From the NCBI RefSeq assembly GCF_009914755.1, contig NC_060930.1: a stretch of DNA of 64,000 nucleotides; one strand, written 5' to 3'. The stretch comes from the human T2T-CHM13v2.0 reference genome, Homo sapiens. Shown in pieces: positions 31,200 through 45,221 of this stretch. The position numbers were made by a program, and so were the translations under genes. The notes below the pieces were generated by a model. The model was not told the DNA's origin. It did not search any database and was given only the letters and a program-made list of their open reading frames with translations. Every line of letters begins with the position of its first letter. Position 1 is the first letter of the stretch.

Positions 31200-32960
31200 G
31201 CCTCTCTCGCAGTTAGGCTTGGAAACCAAGTGCCATGTGGCCTATACTTTGAATTGAGATAATGTTGCAAAGAAATATACACGGAAGTGAATCTCTCTTG
31301 CAGAAGAAAAAGACAGCCATAGCAGTGACAACCACCTTCCAGGGGCAGCAATAGCAGGAGTCCCAGCAGACATTTAGAATTGTTAGTGGTGCTTCCTGTG
31401 GCTTTGAATGTGTTTCAGCAGTGGCAACAGTGGCAAGAAAAGTGGCAAATTCATAGGGTATCATTTTGGCTGCTGGTCTAGCTGTGTGGCTGCTAAGCCT
31501 GGTTCTCTAACACCACTGGAATTATTTCAAAACATGCTTTTCTCTTGAATCAGCCAGGTTTAGTTTTTGTTGCTCTCAATGAAGAGCCTGGATTCATATA
31601 AAATTGGGACCAGAAATAATTGCAAGCAACAAGCCTAAGGGAAAATTAGGGATGGATGTTGGGGGGTTGAGAAGTCTGGGATTTGTTAACTGGCTTGGAG
31701 GCAGAAAAAAAATCTAGTACTAAGGGAAAGAACTTTGGTAGTCAATGGTATGTGGTACCCAAGCCACTAATTAAATTATCCCCTGTGGTCATCTACTATG
31801 AAATAACCATTCAAAGAAAGGCTGTGACAGACCCAGTGGCTATTACAGTATAGTATGAAGGGCAATTCAATTAGTATGGAAGACTTTTTTTCTGGATATA
31901 TGGACATCCTAAAAAAAGAGAATGGTTTTCTCAAATTCCAAAATTCTTGGCTTAAGGCACGGACTGTCAGGGAATTTCTATGTGCATGCTGATAGAAGAA
32001 AAGATATCTATCATCTTTTGCTACACATAGCTAAGACACTGAAAACAAAATGTAAACTTGGGTTTATGTATTGCTGAATTGTGTTGAGTGAATTCATCGT
32101 TCATACTTTTATTAGTGCATGCAAAACACTGTCCAGATACAAAGATAAATTAAATAGGTCTTGCTTTTCAGTACAGAAAGGCACAAAGAACTTAATCATA
32201 GTTGTTTAATCACCCAGATGAACCCATCTGTTTTTGTTAGGATTATATTTGCCTGCAAGTAACAAAAGTCCAACTAGTGTGGTTTGTACCTAAACCAAGA
32301 AGCCCCGAGGTAAGAAGTGTTCAATGCTTTCAAAAGCTCTGTCGTGTCAGGGCCTATGGCTCTGTGTTTCACTTTGATGTTCCCTCCTGTCAAAGGATGG
32401 CCACTGCAATTCTTACCTCTTCATTTATGTTCAAGGTAGGGCCATGTTAAGAAAAAAGGGGCTAAATCTCTGTGTGTTGCCCCTTTTATCAAGAAAGTAA
32501 ACATTTTCCAAGAAATACCATCAACCTTACGCACTTCTGCTAAGGTATCATAGTTAGAACTGAGTCATGTGTGTGTGTCCACCCTGACAATAAGAAAGTA
32601 TAGGAAAAAACAGGGGTTTGTCGTGATGCATTCCACTGAGCTACACACACTGCTCTCTGAATCAAAGTGAGAGTGTTAGCAAGAATGAGGTAAAGAATGA
32701 ATATTAAGTTGTCAACTAATAAGGTATGCCACATTATCCTGTATTTATTTTGCCAGATTCTGAGAATATGATTGGAATACATATTTTTAGTAACTTGTAG
32801 CACCTCCATTTACTCATCAAAACCAGGGAATAAAGGTCACTATGACAGAAAGGACCAAATGCAATCTATGGTGCTTTTGTTCCCTAGCAAGATAGTAATT
32901 GAAACCAATACCCTATCCCTGGAGAAAATACCATTATCGAAGACTTGAAAGAAGCCCAAG
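31200..32960 (+). mobile_element. Ancient ERVL-class relic: LTR (to about 31600), internal gag-like and pol-like pieces, with a probable MLT1 LTR nested at about 32240-32740
   Basis: LTR-like end (aatcagccaggtttagtttttgttgct...), then aaattgggaccaga; 32845-32955 resembles ERVL pol (gaaaggaccaaatg...atagtaa...caatacc...atccctggag...aagacttgaaagaagc). Confidence 0.5.
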
Positions 32961-34539
32961 ATACAATAATTTGCCGTTCTTTGGAAAGGATCTACTGGCA
33001 TGCCTCAGACCACTGATATATCCCCCACCTCCACCAAATTTCAGTGATGTGGTAGACCCCTGATTTTTCGTAGAATATATTTTCTCTCTTCTGCAGCTGG
33101 TTTTTCTCACCAAGGTTTCCAGCGTGGTTGTCTCTCATTGCTTATCTGGCTTCTTTAGCATAATGTCATTGATGTATAAGTAAACTCAGTTTTGTGCGGT
33201 GTCCTGGGGCTTCAGGTCCCCTCAAACTATATTATAAGTGTGGGTGAGAGTTAACAGAGATGAAAGACAAGCATTTAAGTGTATATGTCAGGAGTCACAT
33301 CAGTGTGCTTACCTATGCTTTGGGTTTGAGGGCCTGATGAACGAGTCACTTGAGTGTTTGTATGTGTGTGTGTTATTATGGGTGTGTTTGCAAAGACAAC
33401 TCTAATACAGTTACTGGTTTATTTCTAACCATTCTTTCATAAGTTATTTGGGTTTTGGATTACCATTCCTAAAGGGAACACATATCGTATTTTTAATTAG
33501 ATTGGTTATTAGGCCAGCCCATACAGGCCAACTTAGTTTTGTTAGACTATGAAGTAGGTATAGTGTGATTGCACTGAGCATTTTAGGTCCTGTGACAAGG
33601 AAATCATGAACTGCAGTGGAATAAGAAAAAAGAGGCATCTTTCTGTCTTTAGGACTTTGAAAAAAAATAAAAGAATCAAAACTGTTTCTATTCAACTTCC
33701 TGGTTGATGTGTGGCACTCATCCAACTTTACTGTAAGATATAAAGGTATACACATTCCAAAATTATTGACTTTTAAAAATTAGTTTACACTAGTATTTAT
33801 AGCACTGTATTTGCTAGTAAATATGAAGATGCTTTACATTTGTGTTCATAAAGCGCTATTTTGGTAGGCTGGCTCTACCTATAGGTCTACCCCCAAGGTT
33901 GGTTCGCCAGACCTCTTCTGCTTTCTGCAGCTTCTTCTTTTCTCCAATTCTAAATACATAGATAATTCTGAAACTTTATCTTCTGGAGATTCCTTTGGTG
34001 GCACAGCTTGGCTTCTAAGAATTGGGACAGTGGATAAAGGTAGATGGTTAAAATTTTGGGATTATCTGTATATTGAGTTTTAGTGAAACTGAGGCCTGTT
34101 TAAAAAAATTATCTTCATTATTAAGCAGATATTGTCATTAGAAAGTCCTAGTAGTTTTATTCAGAGGCCCCCGACGCCCTAGGAGCTGCAAGAAAGCATA
34201 TCGCGGACCTCTGCAAGGCAAAGAGGGAAAAGGAGAGAGCTGTTCAGTGGGAAGGGCTCCAGCTGTCTTGTTTGCTTAAAGACTTTTGTGAAGCACTAGA
34301 TGATATTTAATGCCCATTCCAACTCCAAAATTCAATAGCTTGATACTTACAAACTCACCACTTATCAAATCTTAATTTTTTTGAAATGTGTATATTTTGA
34401 GTATTAAAAAATATTTGGTGAATTTGAGAGAATTAAATAAAATGAATTTTAAAGTTTGATTATTTTTATTTATAATTAAAATCAGTAATAGATAAATACA
34501 TTGAATTTTAGAACAAAATGAGTCTTTTTTTTACTTCCA

Positions 34540-34760
34540 AGGCTTGATAGATTAAAGCAGCATTAAATCCCTATTCCACCATTTCCTAGCAATGTGAACT
34601 GGAAAACTGTCTTGAACTTTTTATTCTTTAATTTCCTCATCTGTAAAATGAAGATAATAATGGCATCTATCTAGTAAAAAAATTATAAGACATTTAAAAG
34701 CCTTAAGAGAGTGACTGAAAGATAGCAAGCACTCGATATAAACTATAATTTTTATTATTG
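34540..34760 (+). mobile_element. MIR
   Basis: tttcctcatctgtaaaatgaagataataatggcatcta. Confidence 0.75.
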
Positions 34761-35814
34761 CTTATAGTGAAATTATCAACTCGATATGGCTTGACCACTG
34801 AAAATTAGAATGACTAATTTATGCAATTGCAAAAAAAATAGGACATCTAGAATAGTTTGAAGTAGAAACGCAAAAAGGAAAACAGATGGGCAATATCCAG
34901 TAAGAAAATTTTGCTCGGTATTGCCCATCTGCTTCTCTCTGCCTGCATGCTTTGCAGTAATATAAATTTTCAAAGAGCCAAGTAATATAATTCTCAATAT
35001 AGTTTAATTTGTGTTTGCACTTCATTGGCTACTGGCAAGGGAATGGTTAGATTCAGATTTGATGATAATGCCACATAGTCCTCGTGTTTATCCCATGAGA
35101 GGCAAAGCTGTACAAAAGATTAAAATTAGTAGGAGGCAATTATTCTCCTTATTAATCAATTCTAGACACATTTGGCAGCTTTTTTCTTGCAACAGAAGTA
35201 CTATTCAAATAAAGGCGGTAGAGACTCTTTTCAAAAATGTTATTTTAATTGAAAGTGTCAAGCTCTCTTTAGTAGACCATAACTTTCTTTGCCTAAGAAT
35301 GTGTTAAGATTAGTATTTTTTCATTTGAAAATTACATAGTTTTCTAAAAGCATGATCATTATTCATTTTATTATTACCTTAAAGCATGCTTCTTCACAGT
35401 GAAAATAAATAGAAGCTTATTTGATTCAGGAATTACAAAATAATGCACTTTCCGCCTAACAGGAAAAAGTTGGTATTATTTTGATTTCTTTTAATAAATG
35501 GCCATTCATGCAGATCCAGATTAGAAATTGGATGATGGTTTTCCTAAACGCAAGACTGAAATAAAGCTTCTATATTTAGTAAGTGGTTGCCAGTTTTTGC
35601 AGAAATAAAGACAGAGATTAAGTCTGTAGATTACTAGGCCACATGATCATTTTTCTGTTTTAAGAAGTCAATTCAAGCAGGCACTTGGGAATGAAAAATA
35701 AAAGACAGTAATTTTTGGTTTACTTGTACTCCTGAAGGGGAAAGTGTGCTGAAGGCTTTTCCTCTCCTTTCTCCTGGATAATTCTTAGTAGAGATAGGAA
35801 TGTAGGGATAGGAA

Positions 35815-36085
35815 GGTAAGGATAGGAATGCTCTACTGCAATCAAAGACCCCAACTTCTCAAGGTCTAATAACAGCAAATGTTTAGATCTTATTTACACT
35901 ACATGTCACTTAAAACGGCATGGGACCCAGGTACTGCCTTCTCCGGACCATTGCTAGTCTCCATGACAGAGTGGGGAAAAGCATGCTGAAGAACACAGAA
36001 GTGACAAATACCACGTTTCTTATTTCACTGGCCAAAACAAGTCACATGGCAAGCCAGGGTTCAAATCAGTGAATTGTAATGTCCC
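35815..36085 (-). mobile_element. Old MLT1 LTR fragment
   Basis: gaagtgaca...atttcactggccaaaacaagtcacatggc. Confidence 0.55.
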
Positions 36086-37953
36086 CACTGGTAGGGTCAA
36101 TGAATTACCCCTTTCAGCCCTCATCGCAAATACAATTAAAAGAGACCTTGTCGAATCCTCTGCAGACCTGCATCGGAAAAGTAGGAGGAGAGAAAAATTC
36201 TGGTTGTGTTGGGTTGGTCATTTTTCTAGTGTGGGAAGAGAGAGAAAAGATCCAATAAGAAGTAAAAAAACTTAAAATTGACCTTTATCCTCTAAGCCAT
36301 CCCCAAATTACTCTGGTTAAGAGTGTTTTGAGATTATATGTCCTGACATGAACAGGGTGCTTCAATTTTTTAAGGGCAATTTACTCACTAACTTAAAATT
36401 CAGGGTCTGTCAACTGATTTTCTTTCTCAATACCTCTTTTGATACATGTGTTCTTTCAGTTGAAAATTTTTGTAACACTATGCTAGTTACAATGAATCTA
36501 TAAGTACTTCATAATTCTTTCTATATTTCTTGTCATAATTTTTGCCTCCATGTAGATAATGGATATATTTTGATCCTAATTGAATTATAATATGGTGTAA
36601 GGTAAAATAGGATGGTGGGACATTTGGCTTCTAAAGAATATTGTTTGACACTTAAGATATAAATTTCAACCCTATTTTTCTCCTTCAGAGGAGTGCTGAT
36701 TCAGGGAGCCATTCTACATTCTTGAACCTGTAAGTCAGTGTTAATGATGTATTTGATGTTCCATACAAGGGTTTTATCTACTGCAGAAGTTTTGTAAAAC
36801 TACGAAAGAAAAGAATTTCCTATACAATGGTAGAAGCTGTTCTATGGCATGTGTTATCAATTATATTCATAACTAGGAGCTCATTAATTATTTTTTGAAA
36901 TGTTTTTGCCTCTTTATGGCAGCCTTCTCCTAATTAAAAATTAAAATCCTCACCGACTCTTCTGGTACACTTCTGCCTTTCTCGGTTTCCTGACTGTCTT
37001 TTCTCCAGGAGAAGAGGAGAAAATTATCTGGTTCATAAACTGAGGAGTAGGAATTGGGCATGTAACGCTGTGGCTTTGCTATTTCTGATATTTGACTGCT
37101 TGCTCAGGTCCTCTGCTCCATAAATAAGTTTTCTTTGTGTGGAGCTCTGTGAAGTGGTGAGGGTGATGCTTGTAATTTCCTGGAATTGACTGCTAGTTGG
37201 TGGAAGTGCCTCACTCCGGGATTTGGTATTGAAAAGCTCTCCTGGTTACACAACAATACTGTGGTACTTTCCAACAATACGATGGCGTATACTGATTTTT
37301 TATTTCTTCTCTGTCTGGCTCCTTTGTCTATCTTTTAACAGATACTGAACTCAGGCAAAGAGAAAATTTTTCAAATCCTAAACATCCATTCCTCCTTTAA
37401 CCAGTCCCGTCCTAGGTTCACTGCTACAGATTAGTCCATCCAATTTCCCTGCTACTCTTCACTAACTGAACTGGAATTGCTGGAGGTGGGTCTGGAAATA
37501 CATATTTTCAGAAAACTCCATATATATTTTCATATGCTCACAGGTTAATGAAGGTGTTGACATATTGATTATATGTGTTGCATATTTTTGTCAAGTTTAT
37601 GTTTATGTTTTCATATTGTTTATGATTTTTGACATAAAGGTTTGAAATTTACTGATAAGGCTATTCATCTTTATATTTTTCCATTTCTATCTTCCTCTTT
37701 TCTGGGAGTTGAATATTTTCCTGTAGATTTTAGGGTTTGAATTTAAAATAGGTTATTTAAAATCACTACATGAATGCATGCAGATTGTTTAAAAAGCCCT
37801 AAATTGTACAGAAACATATTTATTAAAACACAAAAGTTGCCAATTAATAGCACTTCCAGCCTTACAGGCAACCATCAGGAACAATTTGGTATATGCAGAT
37901 ATAGCTTTGTATTTCTAATTTTAATGTTAACATATATATTCCTTAATAACTTT

Positions 37954-40900
37954 AAAAAGTGTCTTTAATTTTGTCAGTACATAGTGGGTATATGTATTTA
38001 TGAAGTACATGAGGTGTTTTGTTACAGGTATGCAATGAATAATAATCACATCGTGGAAAATTGGGTATCCATTTCCTCAGGTATTTATCCTGTGTGTTAC
38101 AAACAATTCAATTATACCGTTTTAGTTATTTTTAAACATACAGTTAAATTATTATTGACTATAGTCTAACTATTTTTTTTGTATACATCAACCATCTCCA
38201 TCTCCCCAACCCCCATCACCCCCTACTACCCTTCCAAGCCTCTGGTAATTATCCTTCTATTTTCTACCTCCATGACTTCAATTGTTTTGATTTTTAGGCC
38301 CATAAATAAGTGAGAACATGCAAAGTTTGTCTTTCTATGCCTGGCTTATTTCACTTAACTTAATGACCTCCAGTTCTACTCATATTGTTGCAAATGACAG
38401 GATCTCATTATTTTTTATGGATGGATAGTACTCCATTGTGTATCTGTACCACGTTTTCTTTACCCATTCATCTGTCAATGCACACTTCGGTTGCTTCTAA
38501 ATTTTACCTAGTATAAACCATCCTTGTATTCCTAGGATAAATCCCACTTGATCATGATGAATGATTATTTTAATGTATTGCTGAATTTGGTTTGCTAGTA
38601 TTTTGTTGAGAATTTTTGCATCAGTATTAATTAGGGTTATTAGCCTGTAGTTTTATTTCTTGGAGGTGTCTTTGTCTGGTTTTCGTATGAGGGTAATACT
38701 GGCCACGTGAGAATGAGTTTGGAAGTATTACCTCTTCCTCTGTTTTTTGAAACATCTCATACATCAGTGTGATTGATATTAGTTCTTCTTTAAGTGTTTG
38801 GTAGAAACAGCAGTGAAGCCACATCGGGTCCCAGGCTTTTCTTTTTGGAGAACTTTTATGATGGCTTTATATTCTTGTTACTTGCTATTGGTCTGTTCAA
38901 GTTTTGGATTTTGTTATGGTTCAATCTGGATAGGTTGTATGTGTCTAGGAATTTATCCACTTCTATATTTTCCAATTTATTGGCATGTATTTGCTCATAG
39001 TAGCCACTACTTATCCTTTAAATTTCTGCAGTATCAGTTGTAATGTCTCCTTTTTCATTTCTGATTTTCTTTATTTGGGTCTTCTCTCTTTTTTCTTAAT
39101 CTGGCTAAAGGTTTGTCAATATTGTTTTCAAAAAATCAAATTTTTGTTCATTGATCTTTTATGTTGTTTTCATTTCAAATTCATTTATTTCTGCTCTAAT
39201 TTTATTATTTCTTTTCTTCTACTAATTTTGTATTTGGTTTGCTCTTGCTTTTCTAGTTCTTTAAAATTCATCATTAGGTTATTTCTTAGAAGTTTTTCTT
39301 TTTTTTTTTTTTATGTAGGCACTTACAGATATAAAGTTTCCTCTTAGTACAGCTTTCACTATATCCCATAGGTTTTGGTATGTTGTGTTTCCATTCAATT
39401 TTCTTCTTAATTTCTTCATTGACCCAATGGTCATTCCAGAACATATTGTTTAATTTCCATGTATTTGTATAGTTTCCAAAATTACTCCTGTTATTTATTT
39501 ATAGTTTTACTTCATTTAAGTCAGAGGAGATGCTTGATATTATTTCATGTTTTTGATTCTTTTAAGACTTATTTGTGACCTAATTTATGGTCTATCCTTG
39601 AGAATAATTCCTGTGCTGAAGAGAAAAAATGTGTATTATGCATCCATCGGATAAAATGTTCCATAAATATATATCAGATCAATTGTTCTGTAGTACAGAT
39701 TAAGTCCAATGTTTCTTTGTTTATTTTCTTTTTTGGAGATCTGTTCAATGCTTAAAGTAGGCTGTTAAAGTCTCCAGCTATTATTGTATTGGGATCTATA
39801 TTTTCTCTCTTTAGTGCTAATAATGTTTGCTTTATATATCTGATTGCTCCAGAGTTGGGTGCACATATATTTAAAATCGTTATATCCTCTTGCTGAATTG
39901 ATCCCTTTATAATTATATAATGACCCTTTTTGTCTCCTCTTATATAATGACCAGTTTTTATCTTGATATCTATTTTTATCTCATATAAGTATAGCTAGTC
40001 CTGCTCTTTCTTGGTTTCTATTCACATGGAATATCTTTTTCCCTCCCTTTATTTTAATTCTATGTGCTTCTTTATAGGTGAAGTGTGTTTCTTGTAGGCA
40101 ACAGATCATTGGGTCTTTTTTTTTTTTTATCCTTTCAGCACTCTGTCTTTTGGTTGGAGAATATAGTCCATTTACATTTAATATTGTTATTGATAAATAG
40201 GGTCTTACACCTGCCATTTTGTTATTTAGTTTCTGTTTGTTTTTCAGCCTTCTCTGCTTTCTTTCTTTCCTTCCTGACTTCTTTTAAGTCATTTTCTCTG
40301 GTGATATGCTTTCGTTTCCTTCTTTCATTTTGTGTGTCCTTTGGATGTTTTTCAATTTGAGGTTACCATGAGACTTGCAAATATTATCTTATAACCCATT
40401 ATTTTAAAGTGATGAAAATTTAACTCTCATTGCCTAAACAAACATGCAAAATTAAAACTAATAAAAACTCTACACTTTAACTTCGTCCCTCCACTTTTTA
40501 GCTTTTTGTTGTTTCTCTTTATGTCTTTTTATACTATGTTTTGAAAAGTTGTTGTTGTTATTATTTTTGATTGTTTCATCATTTAGTTTTTCTACTTAAG
40601 TCAGGAAAAGTTTACACACCATAATTACAGTGTTATACTATTCTGTGTTTTTACTATTACCAGTGAGTTTTATACCACCTGATGATTTTTTTCTTGCTTA
40701 TTAAGATTCTTTTCTTTCAGACTGAAGAATTCCTTTTAACATTTCTTATAGGACAGGTCTGGTGTTGATAAAATCCCTCAGTATTTGTTTTTTTGGGAAG
40801 TTCTTTATTTCTCCTTCATGTTTAAAGGATGTTTTCACTGGATATACTACTCTAGAGTACAAGGTTTTTTCTCTTAGCACTTTAAATATGTCATGCCACT

Positions 40901-43099
40901 CTCTCCTGGCCTGCAAGGTTTCCACTGAAAAGTCTTCTGCCAGATATATTGGAGCTCCATTTTATGTTATTTGTTTCTTTTCTCTTGCTGCTTTTAGAAG
41001 CCTTTCTTTATTCTTGACATTTGGGAGTCTGATTATTAAATGCCTTGAGATAGCCTTTGGGTTAAATCTGCTTGGTGTTCTATAACCTTCTTGTACTTAA
41101 ATGTTGTATTTTTCTCCAGGTTTGGAAAGTTCTCTGTTATTATCTCTTGGAATAAACTTCTACCCCTGTCTCTTTCTTTACTTCTTCTTTAAGTCCAATA
41201 ACTCTTAGATTTGCCATTATGAGGCTATTTTCTAGATCTTAGAGACATGCTTCATTGTTTTTTATTCTTCTTTTTTTGGTACCCTCTGACTGTATTTTCA
41301 AATAGCCTCTCTTCAAGCTCACTAACTGATACAGTTTGGATATGTGTTCCTGCCCAAGTCTCATGATGAATTGTAGTCCCCACTATTGGAGGTGGAGCCT
41401 GGTGGGAGCTAATTGGATCAGACTTGTAGAGGCCTTAGGGGTCTTGCATAAGATCTGGAAGAATTATCTGGATTACCAGACAGAGACTCTTGGTTTTTTT
41501 CCCCTACTTTCTCCTAAACATAAGGAATTTTTCTCTCTGTGCTGAGCCACCTAGAACTGGGGGTGTGGTGATACAAGCACCACTGTGGCCACCAATACTG
41601 GGACTGTATAGGTTCTGACCTGAAGCACAACATAGGGCCTTATCCAAGGCCCTTCCCTTCAGGGTGTCCAGTTCCCCCAGGTCCCAAGCATGTCTAGAGA
41701 TGCTGTCAGGGAGCCAGGGATTGGAGTCAAAATCCTTAGCAATTTATCTAATGTTCCATTCTATTGTGGCTAAGCCGGCACTCAAGCCACAATACAAAGT
41801 CCTTCCCCCACTCCTCCCTTCCCTTTCCATAGGCAGAGGAGCTTCTTCCTGTGGCCACCACTTGTCCATGGGTTGGGGGGTTTCTGCTAGGCCACCACCA
41901 ATGTTCACTTAAAGCCCAAAGGCTCTTTTGTCAGCTTCTGGTGAATGATGCCAGGCCTCGGACTCACCCTTTGGGGAGCTGGCTTTTTTTCTGGCCTAGT
42001 ACAGGTCCAGAAATGCTGTCCAAGAGCCTAGGTGTGGCCTTGGGAACCCCAAGAGCCTGCTTGTTGCTCTACCCTACTGTGGCTGAGCTGGTATGTAGGG
42101 TATAACACAAAGTCCAGTTTAATTTTCTCTCTGCTTTTCTCAAACAGAAGGAGTCTTACATCATAGCCACCATAGCCGGGAATATGCTGGGTCTCCCCTG
42201 CAACCAGGAGTTCTCAGAGCCCGTGGTCCATGGCGTTCCCTTCTGGCCCATCAAAGGGAACCCTATTCCTTGAAGGTTATATCTAGAAATGCAGTCTGGG
42301 AGCTAGGGCCAGCACTAGAAGTCTCACAACTCTGCCCAGTGCCCTATCATGCTATGGCTGAGCTGATATCTAAGATGCAAGACAAAGTCCTCTTTACTCT
42401 TTGATCTCTTCTCCTTAAGTAGAAGGAAGGAATCACTTCTATTGCTGCAAGCTGCACTGTCTGGGATTGGAGGAGGGATGGCACCAGCCCTCCCTTAGCT
42501 GTGCCAGGTAGTGTCTTCCTAGGTCGTGTGTCACCCTACTTTGCTGGCTCTAAGCCCAGCCCAGCACTAGGAGTTGCCTAGTTGTCTTTGTGTCCTAGGT
42601 TGCCTTTCACGTTTACCTAGAACCACAGAGCACTTTGTCCTGCAGTGGAGAGGTTTGCCAAGGTGTGCCAAGAAACTCAATTTCTGATGGCTGGAATGGA
42701 CCGTTCCTCTCTGGCTAGTGCTGGTTCAAATGCTCTCTCCATGCACAGGCACTGGCTGAGCCCAGTATGGCTTTATTTTCCACTGTGAAAGGGCAGCACT
42801 GAGTTCAATATAAAGTCTCCCAGTTGCTGTGCTCTCTCGCCCCAAAGAACGCAGATTCTCTCTCTGTGTGCCACTGCCTCTGCAGGGAGAGATGGGGAGG
42901 GGTGGTGTGGGTGATTCAAGACTGTCTCTCCCGCCTTCCTCAATCCCTGTTTACATAATATGAAGTTAAAACCAGGTACTGTGATTGCTCACCTGATTTT
43001 TGGTTCTTCTGACAGTGCTTTCCTGTGTTCAGATAGTTGTTAAAATTTGCTGTTCCAGTGGGGGAGACAAACAGTACAGGCTTCTATTCTACCATCTTG
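37954..43099 (-). mobile_element. L1MA-type (L1MA1-3-like) element with 5'UTR and 3' end but large internal deletions
   Basis: L1MA 3'UTR at about 37970; ORF2 endonuclease N-terminus ORF 39981..40217(-); ORF1 C-terminal part at about 40700-41326; long 5'UTR ending ccatcttg (YY1-like); TSD CCTTA(A/G)TAACTTT at 37941-37953 and 43100-43112. Confidence 0.85.
41327..41420 (+). mobile_element. MST LTR 5' stub inside the L1MA
   Basis: tgatacagtttggatatgtgttcctgcccaagtctcatg...ggtgggagctaattggatca, truncated. Confidence 0.8.
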
Positions 43100-44803
43100 C
43101 CTTAGTAACTTTTTAAAATTAGTATATCTTGGTGAAATTTCCATGCCTATGGAACTACTTCCTTTTGATAATGGCATAGTATTCTCTAGAAAGGAAAGAC
43201 CATAATTTTTAAAATTCCCCCACTGATGGACTTGAGGTTTCCAGATATTTACTATTGCAGACACACCTTTTGCAAGTACAAGCTTTTTTCTTTGAGCTCC
43301 TAAAAAAAGAGCCTCATGTTCTTCAAATTAGTGCAATTAAGATGACATGGCATAAAATAGGATTGTGGTAGACCACTCAATACCTGTGTGCCATTGAAAC
43401 TAGAGCACCAAACAAAACAGAATATGGTACTTGGGGAGATAATGTGGACTGCCCAGGCAAAAGAGCTCTTGTGTTTGGAGGCTGTCACAGTGGATATTAA
43501 AAATGTACAAAATCACTAAATGGAAATGCTGAAGAGTAGGTGCTGAAAGAGTGCAGTTGAAGAAGAGCTGTGAGCTGGATGGAGGCCCTTAACATGGGCA
43601 ATGAAACCTTTGTGAGATGAAGGCTACATGAGGCTGAGGGCAGGTCATCATGGGAAGCTGGCTGCAGGCGCTGCTTCTTAATGGAGTCCTGATACTATTG
43701 AATCAGCCCAGCTGTAGGCTTTTTCCTTTTACACTGGAGGTTGTATTTCTATTCATGCTTCCTGTATTTCCTTTGGCTGGAAAAAAACCATGTATTAACC
43801 CTACACAGATTCTGTGTGATGTTTGCACCCATTATCTTATTTATGAATCAAGTACTCGTAATTCACATTAGAGAAACATGGGCTGAGGTAAAACAGACTG
43901 TATTTATGAATCGTATGTTTCTACAAGAGGAATAATTAGGACAAAGGAGATGTACGTTTTAAATGTTGTGGATTCTGCCAGATTGTTCCCCCAAACAATG
44001 ATAATAATTTACAACAACAGGGTTTGAGAGTATTTTTTCTGTATGTTCATCAGCACTAGGTAGGATTAACTTTTAGATTTTGTTTGATCAATTTATTTCA
44101 CCCACCAGAGTAAAAATTCATGATTAAAAAATATCTAAGTAGTTGAAAATTTTTTATGTCTTTTTTTCAATTGAATCTTCGTTCTTGTGAATTATTTATT
44201 ACTATTCTTTGCCTACTTTTACACTGGCTTGCTTGCTTTCTTCTTTGTAGTTCACAGAAACTTAAAAAAAAAGTATATAAACCATGCACCCATTATATGT
44301 TGAAAAAAATTCCTCACAGACTTTGGCCTGTAACTTAACATTACATGTGGGTTATTTTCACATGAAAAAAATTTAACATTTTTATGTGAAAAATTATGCT
44401 AATTTTTCTCTGGTGGTTTGGAACTTTATGATTTGTTTAGAAAGTACTTTCCTACCCCTATATTATTCACATATTCTTTTATAATTTCCATGTAGACTTT
44501 TGAAATGCTATCATATTGTTTAAATTTGAATTTATTTGGTATTTATTTTTCTGTAAGATATGCAATAGTCACCTGTTTCCTTTTTCCCTCAATTGATACA
44601 TAGTTAATGGTCATAGAGCCAACCTTCCTCCCGTAATTCATAAGGATTTTACCTACCTATAAATCTAAACATACACTATTAAATTGATTTATTTCCAAAT
44701 TGCTGAAGTGTTAATGTCTTCCCTGGTTGTTCTTCTTTTTTTAATTGAAATTTTGTTTTGGCTATTTGTAACCCATTTCTCCCCTAAAAGAACTTTTTTA
44801 AGG

Positions 44804-45221
44804 TAACTAAGACCCTCTCCTTGAGCAAATTTTAATTAGGTTCTTATGAGCCCTCTTCTGGATAAGGCCTTGACCCTGGACTTCCATGTCTGTTCTTGCA
44901 GAGTCCAGGTTTAGCAAGAATCCTGCTAAGTCTGAGTGAATCCCGCACCCTGATATCAGATCACTCTGGCATAACTTTAGCAAGAATCCTGTTAAGTTGG
45001 TTTAGCAAGAATCTCCCTGCCCTTGATGTATCCTTTTAGTAAGTTTTCATCCACTGACCCCACAATCTACTCCTTGGCTATGAATCCCCACGTGTACTTC
45101 TTGCATTCAGAATTGAGGCCAATCTCTTTCTCCTATTGCAGCAGCCTTGACACATACAAACAGTCCTCAGTTAAGTGTTCTTATCTTTTTAACAAATGTC
45201 AGAATAATTTTTTCTTTAACA
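44804..45221 (+). mobile_element. MER31-like ERV1 solo LTR
   Basis: aagaccctctccttga..., three tttagcaagaatc motifs, ends tttctttaaca. Confidence 0.78.
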
